From positions 9,238,001-9,302,000 of the forward strand of contig CM120643.1 in NCBI GenBank assembly GCA_051362555.1: a stretch of DNA of 64,000 bases, given 5' to 3'. Numbering within the stretch: position 1 is the stretch's first letter; every line of letters starts with the position of its first letter. Under the pieces are notes generated by a model, which searched no databases, was not told the DNA's origin, and worked only from the letters and a program-made list of their open reading frames with translations. This document shows positions 41,056 to 53,231 of the stretch, piece by piece. The position numbers were made by a program, and so were the translations under genes. The DNA is from Lingula anatina. Lineage: Eukaryota; Animalia; Brachiopoda.

Positions 41056-44000
41056 ACACTGCTTCCAAACACAATCTCACCTAGTACATTCAGCGTCCTC
41101 CATCTTGGGTCAGCCTGGGTGAGGAGAGGTCTGAGATCACAGTCTACACTCCACCTCTTCACAATGTCCTCCCTGCGGATCAGCAGCAGGGACTCACAAC
41201 ATAACTGGGCCAGCATGGTCTCTTCAGGGACTAGCTCTAGAGGGTTGGTTAGATAGATACCTGGAATGTAGGAAATATTCTTAAATTATATTATTTCACA
41301 TAAATGTAGTATCTTCAGGGACTAGCTCTAGAGGGTTGGTTAGATAGATACCTGGAATGTAGGAAATATTTATAAATTATATTATTTCACATAAATGTAG
41401 TATCTTCAGGGACTAGCTTTAGAGGATTGGTTAGATAGATACCTGGAATGTAGGAAATATTTATAAATTATATTATTTCACATAAATGTAGTATCTTCAG
41501 GGACTAGCTTTAGAGGATTGGTTAGATAGATACCTGGAATGTAGGAAATATTTATAAATTATATTATTTCACATAAATGTAGTATCTTCAGGGACTAGCT
41601 TTAGAGGATTGGTTAGATAGATACCTGGAATGTAGGAAATATTTATAAATTATATTATTTCACATAAATGTAGTATCTTCAGGGACTAGCTTTAGAGGAT
41701 TGGTTAGATAGATACCTGGAATGTAGGAAATATTTATAAATTATATTATTTCACATAAATGTAGTATCTTCAGGGACTAGCTTTAGAGGATTGGTTAGAT
41801 AGATACCTGGAATGTAGGAAATATTTATAAATTATATTATTTCACATAAATGTAGTATCTTCAGGGACTAGCTTTAGAGGATTGGTTAGATAGATACCTG
41901 GAATGTAGGAAATATTTATGAATTATATTATTTCACATAAATGTAGTATCTTCAGGGACTAGCTTTAGAGGATTGGTTAGATAGATACCTGGAATGTAGG
42001 AAATATTTATAAATTATATTATTTCACATAAATGTAGTATCTTCAGGGACTAGCTTTAGAGGATTGGTTAGATAGATACCTGGAATGTAGGAAATATTTA
42101 TAAATTATATTATTTCACATAAATGTAGTATCTTCAGGGACTAGCTTTAGAGGATTGGTTAGATAGTTACCTGGAATGTAGGAAATATTTATAAATTATA
42201 TCATTTCACATAAATGTAGTATCTTCAGGGACTAGCTCTAGAGGGTTGGTTAGATAGATACCTGGAATGTAGGAAATATTCATAAATCATATTATTTCCC
42301 ATGAATGTGCTATTCTCAGGGACAAGTTCTGGTTAGAATGACACCTGGAATATATACAATTTTTAAAATAATGTATATAATATTATATCAAATAAAAGCA
42401 TGGTCTCTATATATCAATTTGGAAGACTTATCTCTACACCTTGTCAACTATTTGCTAATGCCAGCCATTGGTGATAAGGATGGGTCCCACTCTTTTGGTC
42501 CCACTCTTTAGTGATGCCAGGCCCCAGTTTCACAAAAAAAAAAAAAAAAAAAAAAAGGGTCCCTGGTTAAGAACTTTGCCAAGGTTACATGGTCACACCT
42601 TACCCTATCAGCAGTGTAACAGCACTCTCATGGAAATTCTAGTCAACTAAGCCAGGGAACTACTGACTTAAGTTTTTTCGTGAAACTGGAGCGAGGAATC
42701 TGCGACAAGGACCTGTTCACCAGGGGTTGGGAAGAGACAATTCTATACATAGATGTTATAGATAGCTAACTTATTTTAATTATACACCCACCTTTTGGTC
42801 CCACTCCGTAGACCATCTGGTGATGCCAGGCGTCTGGGATCAGGTTCTGGCCACCAGGGGGCGTGCCACACTGGAGGTTGAGGGTGGCGAGGGGAACAGC
42901 ACCTGAGGCAGCAGTTTCAGCAGAATTAGATATATATTATGGGTGGCAGTATTGTTTCATTATTATAACTTTTACCATCATTATCATCATCACCACTGTT
43001 TTCATTATCAAAGAGGAAAACAAAAATGCAAACAAGACCACTTTGTTCTATCAAAAGAGCAAATTGTAATAATAATAATACCAGATTCACCCCTCTGGTT
43101 AAAAAATCAGCTTTTTGTCATTTTCTGTTGATTTGGTCCTGTTTTAATATATCAAGTTACATACAAACCATAGACAAATCCCCTTTGATCAACATCAAAG
43201 GCTTTTTACATGGAACTGCTGCCTTTTATCTCATAAAAACATTTCAGTCACTGCTCTGTTCAGTCAAAATGGGACTATATCTCAATACAAGAGTAAATTA
43301 ATTCAACTGCACATTTGTTAGCTGATGACTGCTTCCACAAACTAAATACTTGTCAACTGAGACTAAGGACAGTTGTCAAAACATCTTACACTCCCTCATA
43401 CACATGCACGCACACGCACATGCACATACACAAACACGCACTAACCTTTACAAATCCAGGCACTCAGCCAGTGAAGTAGCTTGATGTCTTGGTGGGGATG
43501 GAACTGGAAGAACCTGCCCTTGACATGACCCTCTGTCACCTGCTCTATACCTGCTATCAGGTCTTCTGCTGTGGTGCCTAGGATTTAGAAAACATTTATG
43601 TGCTGGGATCATTTAACCCATAAAGAAATACGTACAAAACAAATGAAGAATGATGGGAATTTATCGAATGTCGGGTAATCTTCAAAATCTACACTGACCA
43701 AGTCTACAAAAAATAGATGCTGGGATCATTTTAACACAAACAGAAATACTTTCAAGGCAAATGAGAAATGGTGGAAATATGTGAAATATTATTCACGAGT
43801 CCACACATTATAGTTGTATCACAGCACAACAATAATATTCATATGTTTCATCAGGAATGAGAAAAGAAAATGAAAGACAGATAACAGAAAATGATGACAA
43901 ACAGATAAAACCCTACTTCTCCCTTAATCTCTACTTATACACCTTCCCTTCACTTTTGAATGCTTAACATAAAAAATCCTGCAGCTTATGATTATTTATG

Positions 44001-44657
44001 ATAAGAAGTAAATTCTAAAACAGAGTAAATTTGCAATAATTTCATCATCCACTCTGTGCAAAAGTTCAAAGCTTTCAAATTAGCTATGTCATACGAGTTA
44101 TCAACATTAATTTAAAAACAGAAAGGTCACATATTAATACCTGCCACACTCCTGGAGAGGAGATATTCAGCAACTGGAGCTGTCTCTGCCCTCAGCCGAG
44201 CCCTGATCCGGCTGCTCACCATCTCCTGGTCCATCTCCACCTTTAACGCTTGCTACAAGAAATACGAACATACGTGTCACATACAAGGCTACTTTTTTTT
44301 TTTTTACAAATAAACAAGTACAAAGAAATAGAAAATATGTCAGAATAGAGTCAGTGTGATCTTACTGGATCAAGCCCAATGTCTTCAGGGGGATTGAAAA
44401 AAAGGTAACTATTGCACAGTTGGACAGAGCTATTACTAATTAGGTGTTATCATTTTGTTAGAAAACAGTAACAAATTGAGCCTGTCCACTTCAGTTTTTT
44501 TTTTTTTTTTTTGGTCACCCTCATGGGGTTATTATTAGTGATGGTAGTCTTGAATGCAAGATGGAGTATTTAGTAACACAATTACTAAGGTCCTCAACCT
44601 CCCCCCTCCCCCAATTCCAGTCCTCTCTGTGTGATCATGACAAGTCCATGATGGTGA

Positions 44658-44700
<43 letters not shown>

Positions 44701-47700
44701 AACAGACAGCAGACAGATACAATAACTGGATCATCCTATTAGAATTTATTCTCTTCCCAATACATACCAAAAATCATTCATTCTCTGAAAAAATAGCATT
44801 GATTTGACTCAATGCATCATTGACTTAATTATCAAAATAATGAACTTAAGAGCTTTATCAATGAATCTTGTACTTAGTCTTATTGTATCTTACCAGGACA
44901 TTAATAACAGCAGTTGGTCCGCAAGCCGAGGTTCCAATCTGTTTGACTTGTAAAGACAACGCTTCGTACTCTTTCCATATCATTGTTTTCTTCACTTTAG
45001 GGTCCTGTTGCTTCTCCTTGAAAATGACAATAGTTATAGTGAATGTCATTACATTTATTATACAAAATTTTATAGGAAATTGGTACATCAGGACACAAGG
45101 GTCTAGGAATTTACCGACCCTGTGCAAAAAAAGTGACACGCACGTATGCAACATACACCATATCTAGAACTTTTGTTCTCCACAACCGCCATGGTGTAAA
45201 TATAGACACTGTTTTGTTTGTTTATATTTCACCTATGTTCATCATGTACATACAATCATAGTTTATGGCATTTACAGTAACTGTGAACAGAGCAACAGAG
45301 CTGGGTGAAAAACTGAAGAGTTTTACCAATACAACTGATCAAATTGGGGACAGATCAAGAAAAAAAAAAAACAGTAGTGGTAATTGTGCATGCAACAAAT
45401 AAATATGAGTGCAGTTGCCACAGGAGCAATAACTGAACATCATTCACTGGCTATATGTGCTGTTTTTATAGACCTTGTCTATACTGGTGTAATAAATGAA
45501 ACAAAGGCTGCATAATATCCTCCAATTATTGTCATACATGTTTCAAATTGCCAAATGAGTTCATTTTCATCACCAGTTGAATTAGAGAAGCACAAAGTGA
45601 AGTCCAAACTATATGTTACATTAAGCCACAAAAGGCAGGCCTGTAGCCAGCAATTTCTAAGTAAGTGTTCAAGAGAAAGTTTTAATTCACAGAGGACTTT
45701 TTTATCAGCCAAACAGGCAGTTCTTTTTCTAACCCCCGAAACCCTTCACCTCTCTAAAGACCTGTAAGGTATCATACATACATACATAATAATATATATA
45801 TATATAATCTTTATATATATATATAATCTTTGAATCTCCCTCCATCACTGACATAAGTATAACATCAGACCGTAGCCAGCGGGGGTTCGGGGGGGTTCCA
45901 AAGGACCACCCCTTTTGCTGGGAAAAGGTCCACTCTGGGTAAAATTTGATCTAGATACATGAAGTTTTTATGGGAAAAGGTCCACTTTATCATAAAAAGA
46001 ACCCCCCTTTAGAAATTGCTGGCTACGGGCCTGAACATCTACATCAATATTACTACATACCTTCAAGGCAAACAAAAGCTTACTGTACCTGTATCATGTG
46101 ATTCTGCTGCTGCTTCTGTTGCTCCGACTGCTGACTGTGACCCAGATTGCCATCAATGCCCTCATCATCAATATTGTCACTGGAATAATACATAGAACTC
46201 TGTGTTGGAAATATGGACATCAAAATTTCATGTCAACACAGGCATGTGTACGTTTATACTTAGCTCGTCACAAAGACAGGATGGCACACAAAAAAATGAT
46301 GTTCAGCAGAAAATCATTTTGCTGCTGGTTTGTTGATGGTTTTAAATACAGAAAAGAAAAATGTAAAAAAAATCTAAAATTATAATAGCAATAATCAGGA
46401 AACAGCAGCCATTATTTCCACTGAAGAGTAAATATGCTATACCATTAACACAGTCTTTTAAATATTTCTCAAGCAACAGGTTTTTGTAAAAATTAGAAAC
46501 TCATGATAATAGACCTCTAGCCATTAAATAGTCATTTGGAATTCAGGAGGTAAATCTCCACTGTTTATATTAGTTGGTGTAAGGGCATAAGAAAAGGCTG
46601 TCTACTAAAGAACTATATCACTTAAGGCTGTCTTGTCAAGATTTTAAACACTTCTTGTATAAGAAAATTAAAAGTAAAATGAATATTGTTGGCCACTTTA
46701 TATTTACTTGCTTATACGCTGAGAAAAAAAAAATGAAAAAAAAAAAAAACACTTTAATAATTCTCACATCTAAATACTGATGAACTATGTCAGCATTAGT
46801 GTTATCATTTATTAACCACATCATTTCACTTCATTATAGTTCAGCCATAATGTTGGCCAGAGAATGTTCATCATATTAAAGTACATTGCACATCAATGTG
46901 TATCATAGACCCCATTTCCAGAGATTAGATCAATCTACTTTAGATCGACCTAACTCCCTAGGGGTTCACGCTAAATAGCTGTCAGCCGAGCGGACACGAA
47001 AGTTAATTACCCCCTTTCAGCTTGTAGTAGGACGGACATTTAAGCCGGATTATCTGACAGTAATCTAGTGAGACTCCCGAGGGGATAGATCGATCTAAAA
47101 GCTCTGGGAATACACCCATAGACATTAGGGTGCACCTATGACTATGCATTATATTCCAAAGCTGTGGACACAAGTGCTTCACAAGTAATACTATTCCACA
47201 CATAAAAAAAAATTGATAGCTATGCTGGACTCCATTATGATGATGTATGTTCTCCAATGCCGGTGTACCATGAAAATCTGACTCCCCTAAAATGTGACTC
47301 CCCAGTCAGATTTTCATTATGAAAATGTGACTCCCCAGTCAGATTTTCATAATGAAAATGTGACTCCCCCTATGAAATTTTGACTCCCCCCAAAAAACAT
47401 CCATTAATCTCATTTTATTTGAGTAAATGACTATGATTTTGTAGTATGCATAATGGATGATACGTTGGCACTTTTTTGTAGTTTGCAGGTGAAAATTTTC
47501 ATAAAAAAAAGAAAAATTAAATATGTGCACATAATGAAAATGTGGTTCCCCTATGAAAATTTGACTCCCCTACAAAAAAACATGCATTAATCTCTAATTA
47601 ATTTAGTATATGACTGTGATCTAGTAGTATGTAAAATGGTTGATACATTGGCACATTTTTTGTAGTTTGCAGTGAGAATTTTAATGAACAAATAAGAAAA

Positions 47701-50700
47701 TTAAAAATGAGCACATAATGAAAATCTGACTCCCCCATGAAAATTTGACTCCCCCTCCACAAAACTTCATAAATCTTATTTTATTTTGAGTATATGACTG
47801 TGATCTTGTATTATGGAAAATGGATGATACATTGGCACATTTTTTTGTAGTTTGCAGTGAAAATTTTAATGAAAAAATAAGAAAATTGAAAATGTGCACA
47901 TGGTTAAAAAATTGAGAGAAAAAAGTAACAAAACACATGAAAGTAAGAAAAATTAAGGATTTGTTTTCTAACACCCAATAGCTCCCCTATAAAAAGCTAT
48001 TTATTTGATGTTTGATGATCCTTCTGACAACTTTTCTTTTATGATACTTTATGAAAAAAAATTATTGGAAATATTAAAAAGTTTTATGGTAAAATACTGC
48101 ATGAAAATAAATGAAAAATGGATAATAAATTTGCATTCTTGTACCCGTAGGATTTTGACTCCCCTGGTTAAAAAGCACTTATTTCATATTTAGCACACAT
48201 TTAAATGTTTCTACTTTTTAGTTTTCTTATGGAGAACAGAACGTATGTGGAATATTTAAATTTTGTGGGTAAAATTTTTTGCAATAAGTGTTTGAAATTT
48301 AAAAATAGTGAGAAATTCAGTATCATATTTATTTTACACCCATGAAAAGGACAATTATTTTTTATTCAGTCATTATATCACTATTTTCCACATACTTTTC
48401 ATTGTATATATAATGATAACTCTGCACACTAAGCTATATGAAAATAAAAATTGTTTTGTGTCATATCAGAAAAGAATATTTTTTCAATGTAGTGCATACA
48501 ATATCAACAAAATGTAGATGAATGTAAAAAGGATCCACTGAGACAAGAAAATTCTGCTTCTCTTCAATATTTTACCTTGTGGCAGTGAAAACTTAATGAT
48601 TACTTTGCACACTAGGCTAAATCAAAATACTTTTGCCCCTTAACTAAAAAAAATCATATTGGAATTTAAGAACACAATAGTAAGGAAATATCACCAACAT
48701 GTGAATAATGCTGCTAAAAAATTCTTAATTTTGACAAAAGTTATCACCACCAAACTTTCAAATGTGATAGGACTGTGACATGCTTGGTGGTAACTTATTC
48801 ATATGTCGTAGCTTAAAGGAAAAAATACTAAATATGAAACATTTGATTTGTAAGATGGGTCGTCAAAGTCCTATGGGCGCAAGAAAGCACACTTATTATC
48901 CTTTTTGCTTAATTTACCCCCATCTCTCATCCAGCTTTGGGGAAAATAATGGGAAAACAAAAGCAAGTGTTTTGTTGGTATGCTATATAAGAAGAATTAA
49001 ATAAAAAGGCGATGTGGCCAATTTCTTGTGTTAAAAAATGTAGTGTTTTGACATGGGAGTGCAAAACCTACAAGAATAAAGATGGATACTTGTTTTAAAA
49101 ATATTGACCAAAATTTTCATCATCACACTTTCAAATAATGATAAAATATCCATCTCTATGCAAAAAATGTGGAAAACAGTGGTATGGTGACTGAATATAA
49201 AATAGGTCCTTTTCTCCATGGGAGTCCAAATCTCATGGGTGTAAAAATAAAGATTTTCATGATTTCTTTTCCATGCTTTCACTATTTTATCATCAAACCT
49301 TTAAATATTTCCAATATATTTTTCATAAAGTATCCTAAAAGAAAAGGTGATGAAATGATCATCAAATATTAAATAACTTTTTCATAGGGGAGACAATAGG
49401 CGATTAAGTGGACATTTTTAATTTTCTTACTTTTTCACATAATTTTTCACCTGCAAACTACAAAAAAATGTGCCAATCTATCCTCCTTTTTACATACTAC
49501 AAGATCACAGTCATATACTCAAAATAAAATAAGATTTATGAAGTTTTGTGGAGGGGGAGTCAAATTTTCATGGAGGAGTCAGATTTTCATTATGTGCACA
49601 TTTTTTAATTTTCTTATTTTTTCATTAAAATTTTCACTGCAAACTACAAAAAATGTGCCAATGTATCAACTATTTTACTTACTACAAGAACATATACCCA
49701 AAATAAAATAAGATTTATGAAGTTTTATGATGGGGGAGTCAAATTTTCATGGGGGAGTCAGATTTTCATTATGTGCTCATTTTTAATTTTCTTATTTTTT
49801 CATTAACATTTTCACTGCAAACTACAAAAAATGTGCCAATGTATCCTCCATTTTACATTCTACAAGACCACAGACATATACTCAAAATAAAATAAGTTTT
49901 ATGAAGTTTTATGATGGGGGAGTCAAATTTTCACGGGGGAGTCAGATTTTCATTTTGTGCACATTTTTAATTTTCTTTATTTTTCATTAAAATTTTCACC
50001 TTCAAACTACAAAAAATGTGCCAATGTATCCTCCATTTTACATACTACAAGATCACAGACATATACCCAAAATAAAATAAGATTTATAAAGTTTTATGAT
50101 GGGGGAGTCAAATTTTCATGGGGGAGTCAGATTTTTATTATGTGCTCATTTTTAATTTTCTTATTTTTTCATCAAAATTTTCACTGCAAACTACAAAAAA
50201 TGTGCCAACGTATCATCCATTTTACATACTACAAGATCACAGTCATATACTCAAAATAAAATAAGTTTTATGAAGTTTTATGATGGGGGAGTCAAATTTT
50301 CACGGGGGGAGTCAGATTTTCATTATGAAAATCTGACTGGGGAGTCACATTTTCATAATGAAAATCTGACTGGGGAGTCACATTTTCATGGGAGTCAGAT
50401 TTTCATGTTACACCGGTGTTTCTAATATTTAGTTAGATTTTTTAACAGGTTTTTACATGTCATAAATTATTTATTATAGAATAATTTCCTATTTTCAAAG
50501 CTGTTTAGAAGTAGTTTAAACTCATAATAACACAAGACACATTGGAACAAGGAACAAGAATTCATTCCTATTTGACTGCTATTCAATGTTTTTTTTTTTT
50601 TTTAAATCTAACTTTTCATTAAAAAAAAAAAAAAAAAACATACCACAAGTAATTTGTTCTATTTGGGTATTAATAACAGAATAATGTCCAAGAAATAAAA

Positions 50701-53231
50701 TTGATCAATTCTGTTCAAATGCCATTTATTATCCCACTTTTACTCCATTGCCACAAACTAATATCTATAGCACCTTACCTTGCTCCCACATATAAATCTT
50801 CCTCTTCCTCCTCCTCCTCATCGGTATCAGGCAGAGTATGCAGCAGCTCCTGGCGCTCTAAGAAACCCAGCAACTGAATCTCATCGCCCCCAAGGTCACC
50901 CTGGTCAAAGTTCACATTGTGCAGCTGCCTTGCTGTCTGCTCAGCCCAGCCTGCTGGTGCTGCCAGCTCGTCCTCGTCGCTGTCTCCATCCCTCTCCTTG
51001 CGACACGTTTGCTCACTTTCCTCCAGGTCCTGGGGGATCTCAAACTGAAAGCTGTTCTCGTCATTGTCAAAGTTCGACGTCGATGTCTGCCTAGACACAT
51101 TGGACTGCTCAAAGCTGTGGCTCGAGGAGAACTCCTCGAACCTGAAATCTAAATTGTTAAAACTGACGGCAGGATCGAGCTGCAGCACATCCTGGATGTC
51201 ATGTTCTCTGGAAACAAAGTCTATGTTACCCCTCACCCTAGGGCAATGACCCCCACCAAGGTCATCCACCTCTCCATGACCTCCATCTGACCCTGACATT
51301 GTCCACTCACTTGACCCGGGGTCAAGGTCAAAGTCAAGAAAGTCTGTATCTGGACTGTAAAAGGGGGAGGACTGGTAGCTCTCCGAATTTGAGGACGCCT
51401 GTGCCTCGTGTGCATCGTTTAAATTATTTTGGTGCTGCTCCTCATAGAAATTGTTTTTCCTTTTGTTAGCTATACTGCTGGGAATCTTTGGCATGGGGCT
51501 ATTGCACGTGCAGGAGTGCACACAGCCAGCGGGGCAAGGGAAGGCACGAGGCCTGGCACTAGCACTGGCACCACTACAACTGCTACCACTATTTACAATA
51601 TTGCAAGACAATTGCTGGGAGTCACTAGGGACAGTGGCACCAGCACCGACCACCATTAGCTCTCCGCGTTGATGTCTAGTCCGAGGTAAACCTTCATCTT
51701 CAGAACTACACGACGCTGCGTCGTCCTCTCCTAGACCAATATCACCGTTCCTGAAAGACAGCGGCAGATTGAGTGGCTGCTGAGGAAACCCCTCATCAGA
51801 AGAGGAATCGTCATTCAAGCCAGACTGGTCTACTGAAAGGGAGTATGCAGTCCTGTAACTAGCCGAATTCACCAATCCGTTACACACTTGACTAGAAATG
51901 TCTGTGTCAATAAAATCCAGCACATCATTTTCCAGGTTCTGAGCAGTGCTACTGGTATTACTTGGTTCCCCTGCACTGCCACCAGAATCACCACCATTAC
52001 TACAGTGAACACTTGTTCTGGTGCTACTGACACTGGTGGCTTGTTTGTCAGGTGGGTCTAAACCATTAGCATTACACACATGGCACTGTGCATTGCCATG
52101 TGTCACCTGCACACCTTGAATACCACACCTGTCACAGCCATGTGCATCCCTTGGTGACACGCTAGCACCTGTTGTACCTGTCACTTGTTCCCTCTTATTG
52201 TAACTGCCATGGTCTGTAGGACCATTCAAGGTGGCATACAGAGTTCCAGATCCTCTACTCCGTAAATTGCTCTCTTTATCCGACCAGCTACCATGGAAGT
52301 CATGGTCTGAAGGATGCCCAGTTTTATGACTAAGAGATGCAGTTTCCTGTGAAGTCAGTACAGATCTGTGGTTATTTTCATCTGAAGTGGGTATTTCCCC
52401 ATGTCCTATGTGCGTAAACATATGAGTAGTTGTTAAATCAGTATTCATATTATCATTATCTGACCCGTCAGTCGAAGGCCTCACCACAGTCTGTGTCACA
52501 CTTGTATTTTTTCTACCTTTAAAAATTTGGCCACCTTTTGAAGAATTTGACTTGCATTTTGTATCTTCTGAATTCACAGTATTAACAGGTATGTTCGCAA
52601 CATTTGAGTTTCGTTCCAATTCTTCCTCACCACCATCTATGGCACAGCTGTGTCTTTCAGAACCAAGGCTTTGCATCGAGGTTTCTCCACCATTAACAGT
52701 TGCAAAAGAGGATTTTGGCATTATAGGTTTGTCGGACTGGCCTTCACCTTGACCTGTATTAGAGTGACCTACATCCTGGTCAATATCCCCCTGCCCAGTC
52801 ACTTGACCAAAAGAATGAGATATCACCTGGATGTTATTCCTTCTCACTGAGGTCTCTGTACCACTGGGTCCTTCCTGTACACGTAAATGTTCTAACAAGT
52901 GTAAGTTTGATCTAAAATAGTTCTCCATATCATCCCCAGGTGTCTCCACATTCACTCCAAGAGAATCCTCCTGACTTACTTCCCCATTTAGCGCGTATGT
53001 TCCATGTACAGCACTGGGGTCAACATCACTGCTGAAGTAATCCCAGTCCACAGCACCAAGGTCGCCAAAGGCACTTGAATGTCTGGGCTCCGACTGAGCC
53101 ACTGGTCCAAACTGGGAGCAATGAGTCAATGTGGCGGGTGTCCCAGCCTTCCTCCTGCCTGGCTCCAGTGTCTGCTGGTCTCTGCTTAGGCTGCTGGTTC
53201 TAGACTGTGACATGGCCAGTCCTCCTTCCAT
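33048..53231 (-). CDS. Uncharacterised 1125-aa protein: disordered acidic N-terminus plus C39/papain-like cysteine-peptidase domain
   Basis: Coding exons 53231-50779, 46179-46089, 45016-44894, 44252-44141, 43577-43446, 42902-42792, 41260-41081, 33223-33048 (3378 nt; all GT-AG; phases consistent). Motifs KQIGTSACGPTAVINVL, YLLSRSVAGTT, AVPLATLNLQ, DAWHHQMVYGV, IYLTNP, WRTLNVLGQ, HVTIPAVYKPGITLF. A non-coding first exon probably ends at 53845. Confidence 0.85.
36774..36999. mobile_element. PIF/Harbinger-like MITE, copy 2
   Basis: Same core as the copy at 25455 (AGATCGACCTAACTCCCTGGGGGTTCACGCTAAA...GATAGATCGATCTAAAA). TAA TSD. Confidence 0.8.
39639..39894. mobile_element. Related Harbinger-like palindromic MITE (different subfamily)
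   Basis: Termini GACCCCATTCCCATACCTA / TAGGTATGGGAATGAGGTC. Long inverted arms CTAAATTGCATTCAGCTTAAGCGGCT / AGCCGCTTAAGCTGAATGCAGTTTAG. Flanks ATG/ATA. Confidence 0.7.
40274..40555. repeat. Intronic tandem duplication, about 142-bp unit, 2 copies
   Basis: CATTTTGTTGT.AAATATTC.ACAATAAAACATCCAGG begins at 40274 and again at 40416. Confidence 0.8.
40790..41080 (-). repeat. Two diverged duplicates of the 3' half and donor of C39-like exon 41260-41081
   Basis: WSMNLDLRPLIKADSRWRALNVF|GTGAGA and WSLYFDFRPLLIQADPRWR..|GTAAGC, versus the true exon WSVDCDLRPLLTQADPRWRTLNVL|GTGAGA. Copies are separated by (GT)n/poly-G tracts. Confidence 0.85.
41221..42352. repeat. Minisatellite, 91-bp unit x12 plus a degenerate 13th, containing a splice acceptor and 40 nt of exon
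   Basis: TCTTCAGGGACTAGCT(C/T)TAGAGG(G/A)TTGGTTAGATAGATACCTGGAATGTAGGAAATATT... recurs at 41221, 41312, ... 42222. Confidence 0.97.
42520..42693. mobile_element. Harbinger-like MITE
   Basis: Termini GGCCCCAGTTTCACAAAAAA / TTTTTTCGTGAAACTGGAGC, inner arms TCCCTGGTT / AGCCAGGGA. Confidence 0.6.
45866..46033. mobile_element. MITE with CAGG-type TIRs and a 5-bp TSD (hAT5-like)
   Basis: CAGACCGTAGCCAG ... CTGGCTACGGGCCTG, flanked by AACAT on both sides. Confidence 0.8.
46908..47117. mobile_element. PIF/Harbinger-like MITE, copy 3
   Basis: Same family as the copies at 25455 and 36774. ATA TSD. Confidence 0.8.
47264..50412. mobile_element. Non-autonomous Ginger1-like foldback element (3.15 kb)
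   Basis: CCGG|TGTACCATGAAAATCTGACTCCC ... GGGAGTCAGATTTTCATGTTACA|CCGG: TGT..ACA ends with a CCGG target duplication. Inverted subterminal arrays of ~183-bp units (about 3 left, 5 right). No transposase ORF. Confidence 0.8.

Noticed and set aside
41221-42352. CRISPR-like regular array
   Set aside because: Units are near-identical over their full length with no unique spacers. The context is a eukaryotic intron with no cas genes.
44894-45016. Calling the cysteine-peptidase-like gene BIVM or ACTMAP
   Set aside because: Only the generic Q..CG motif is shared. The BIVM-type RRWYCISRPQYKTSCG is absent, so no symbol was assigned.
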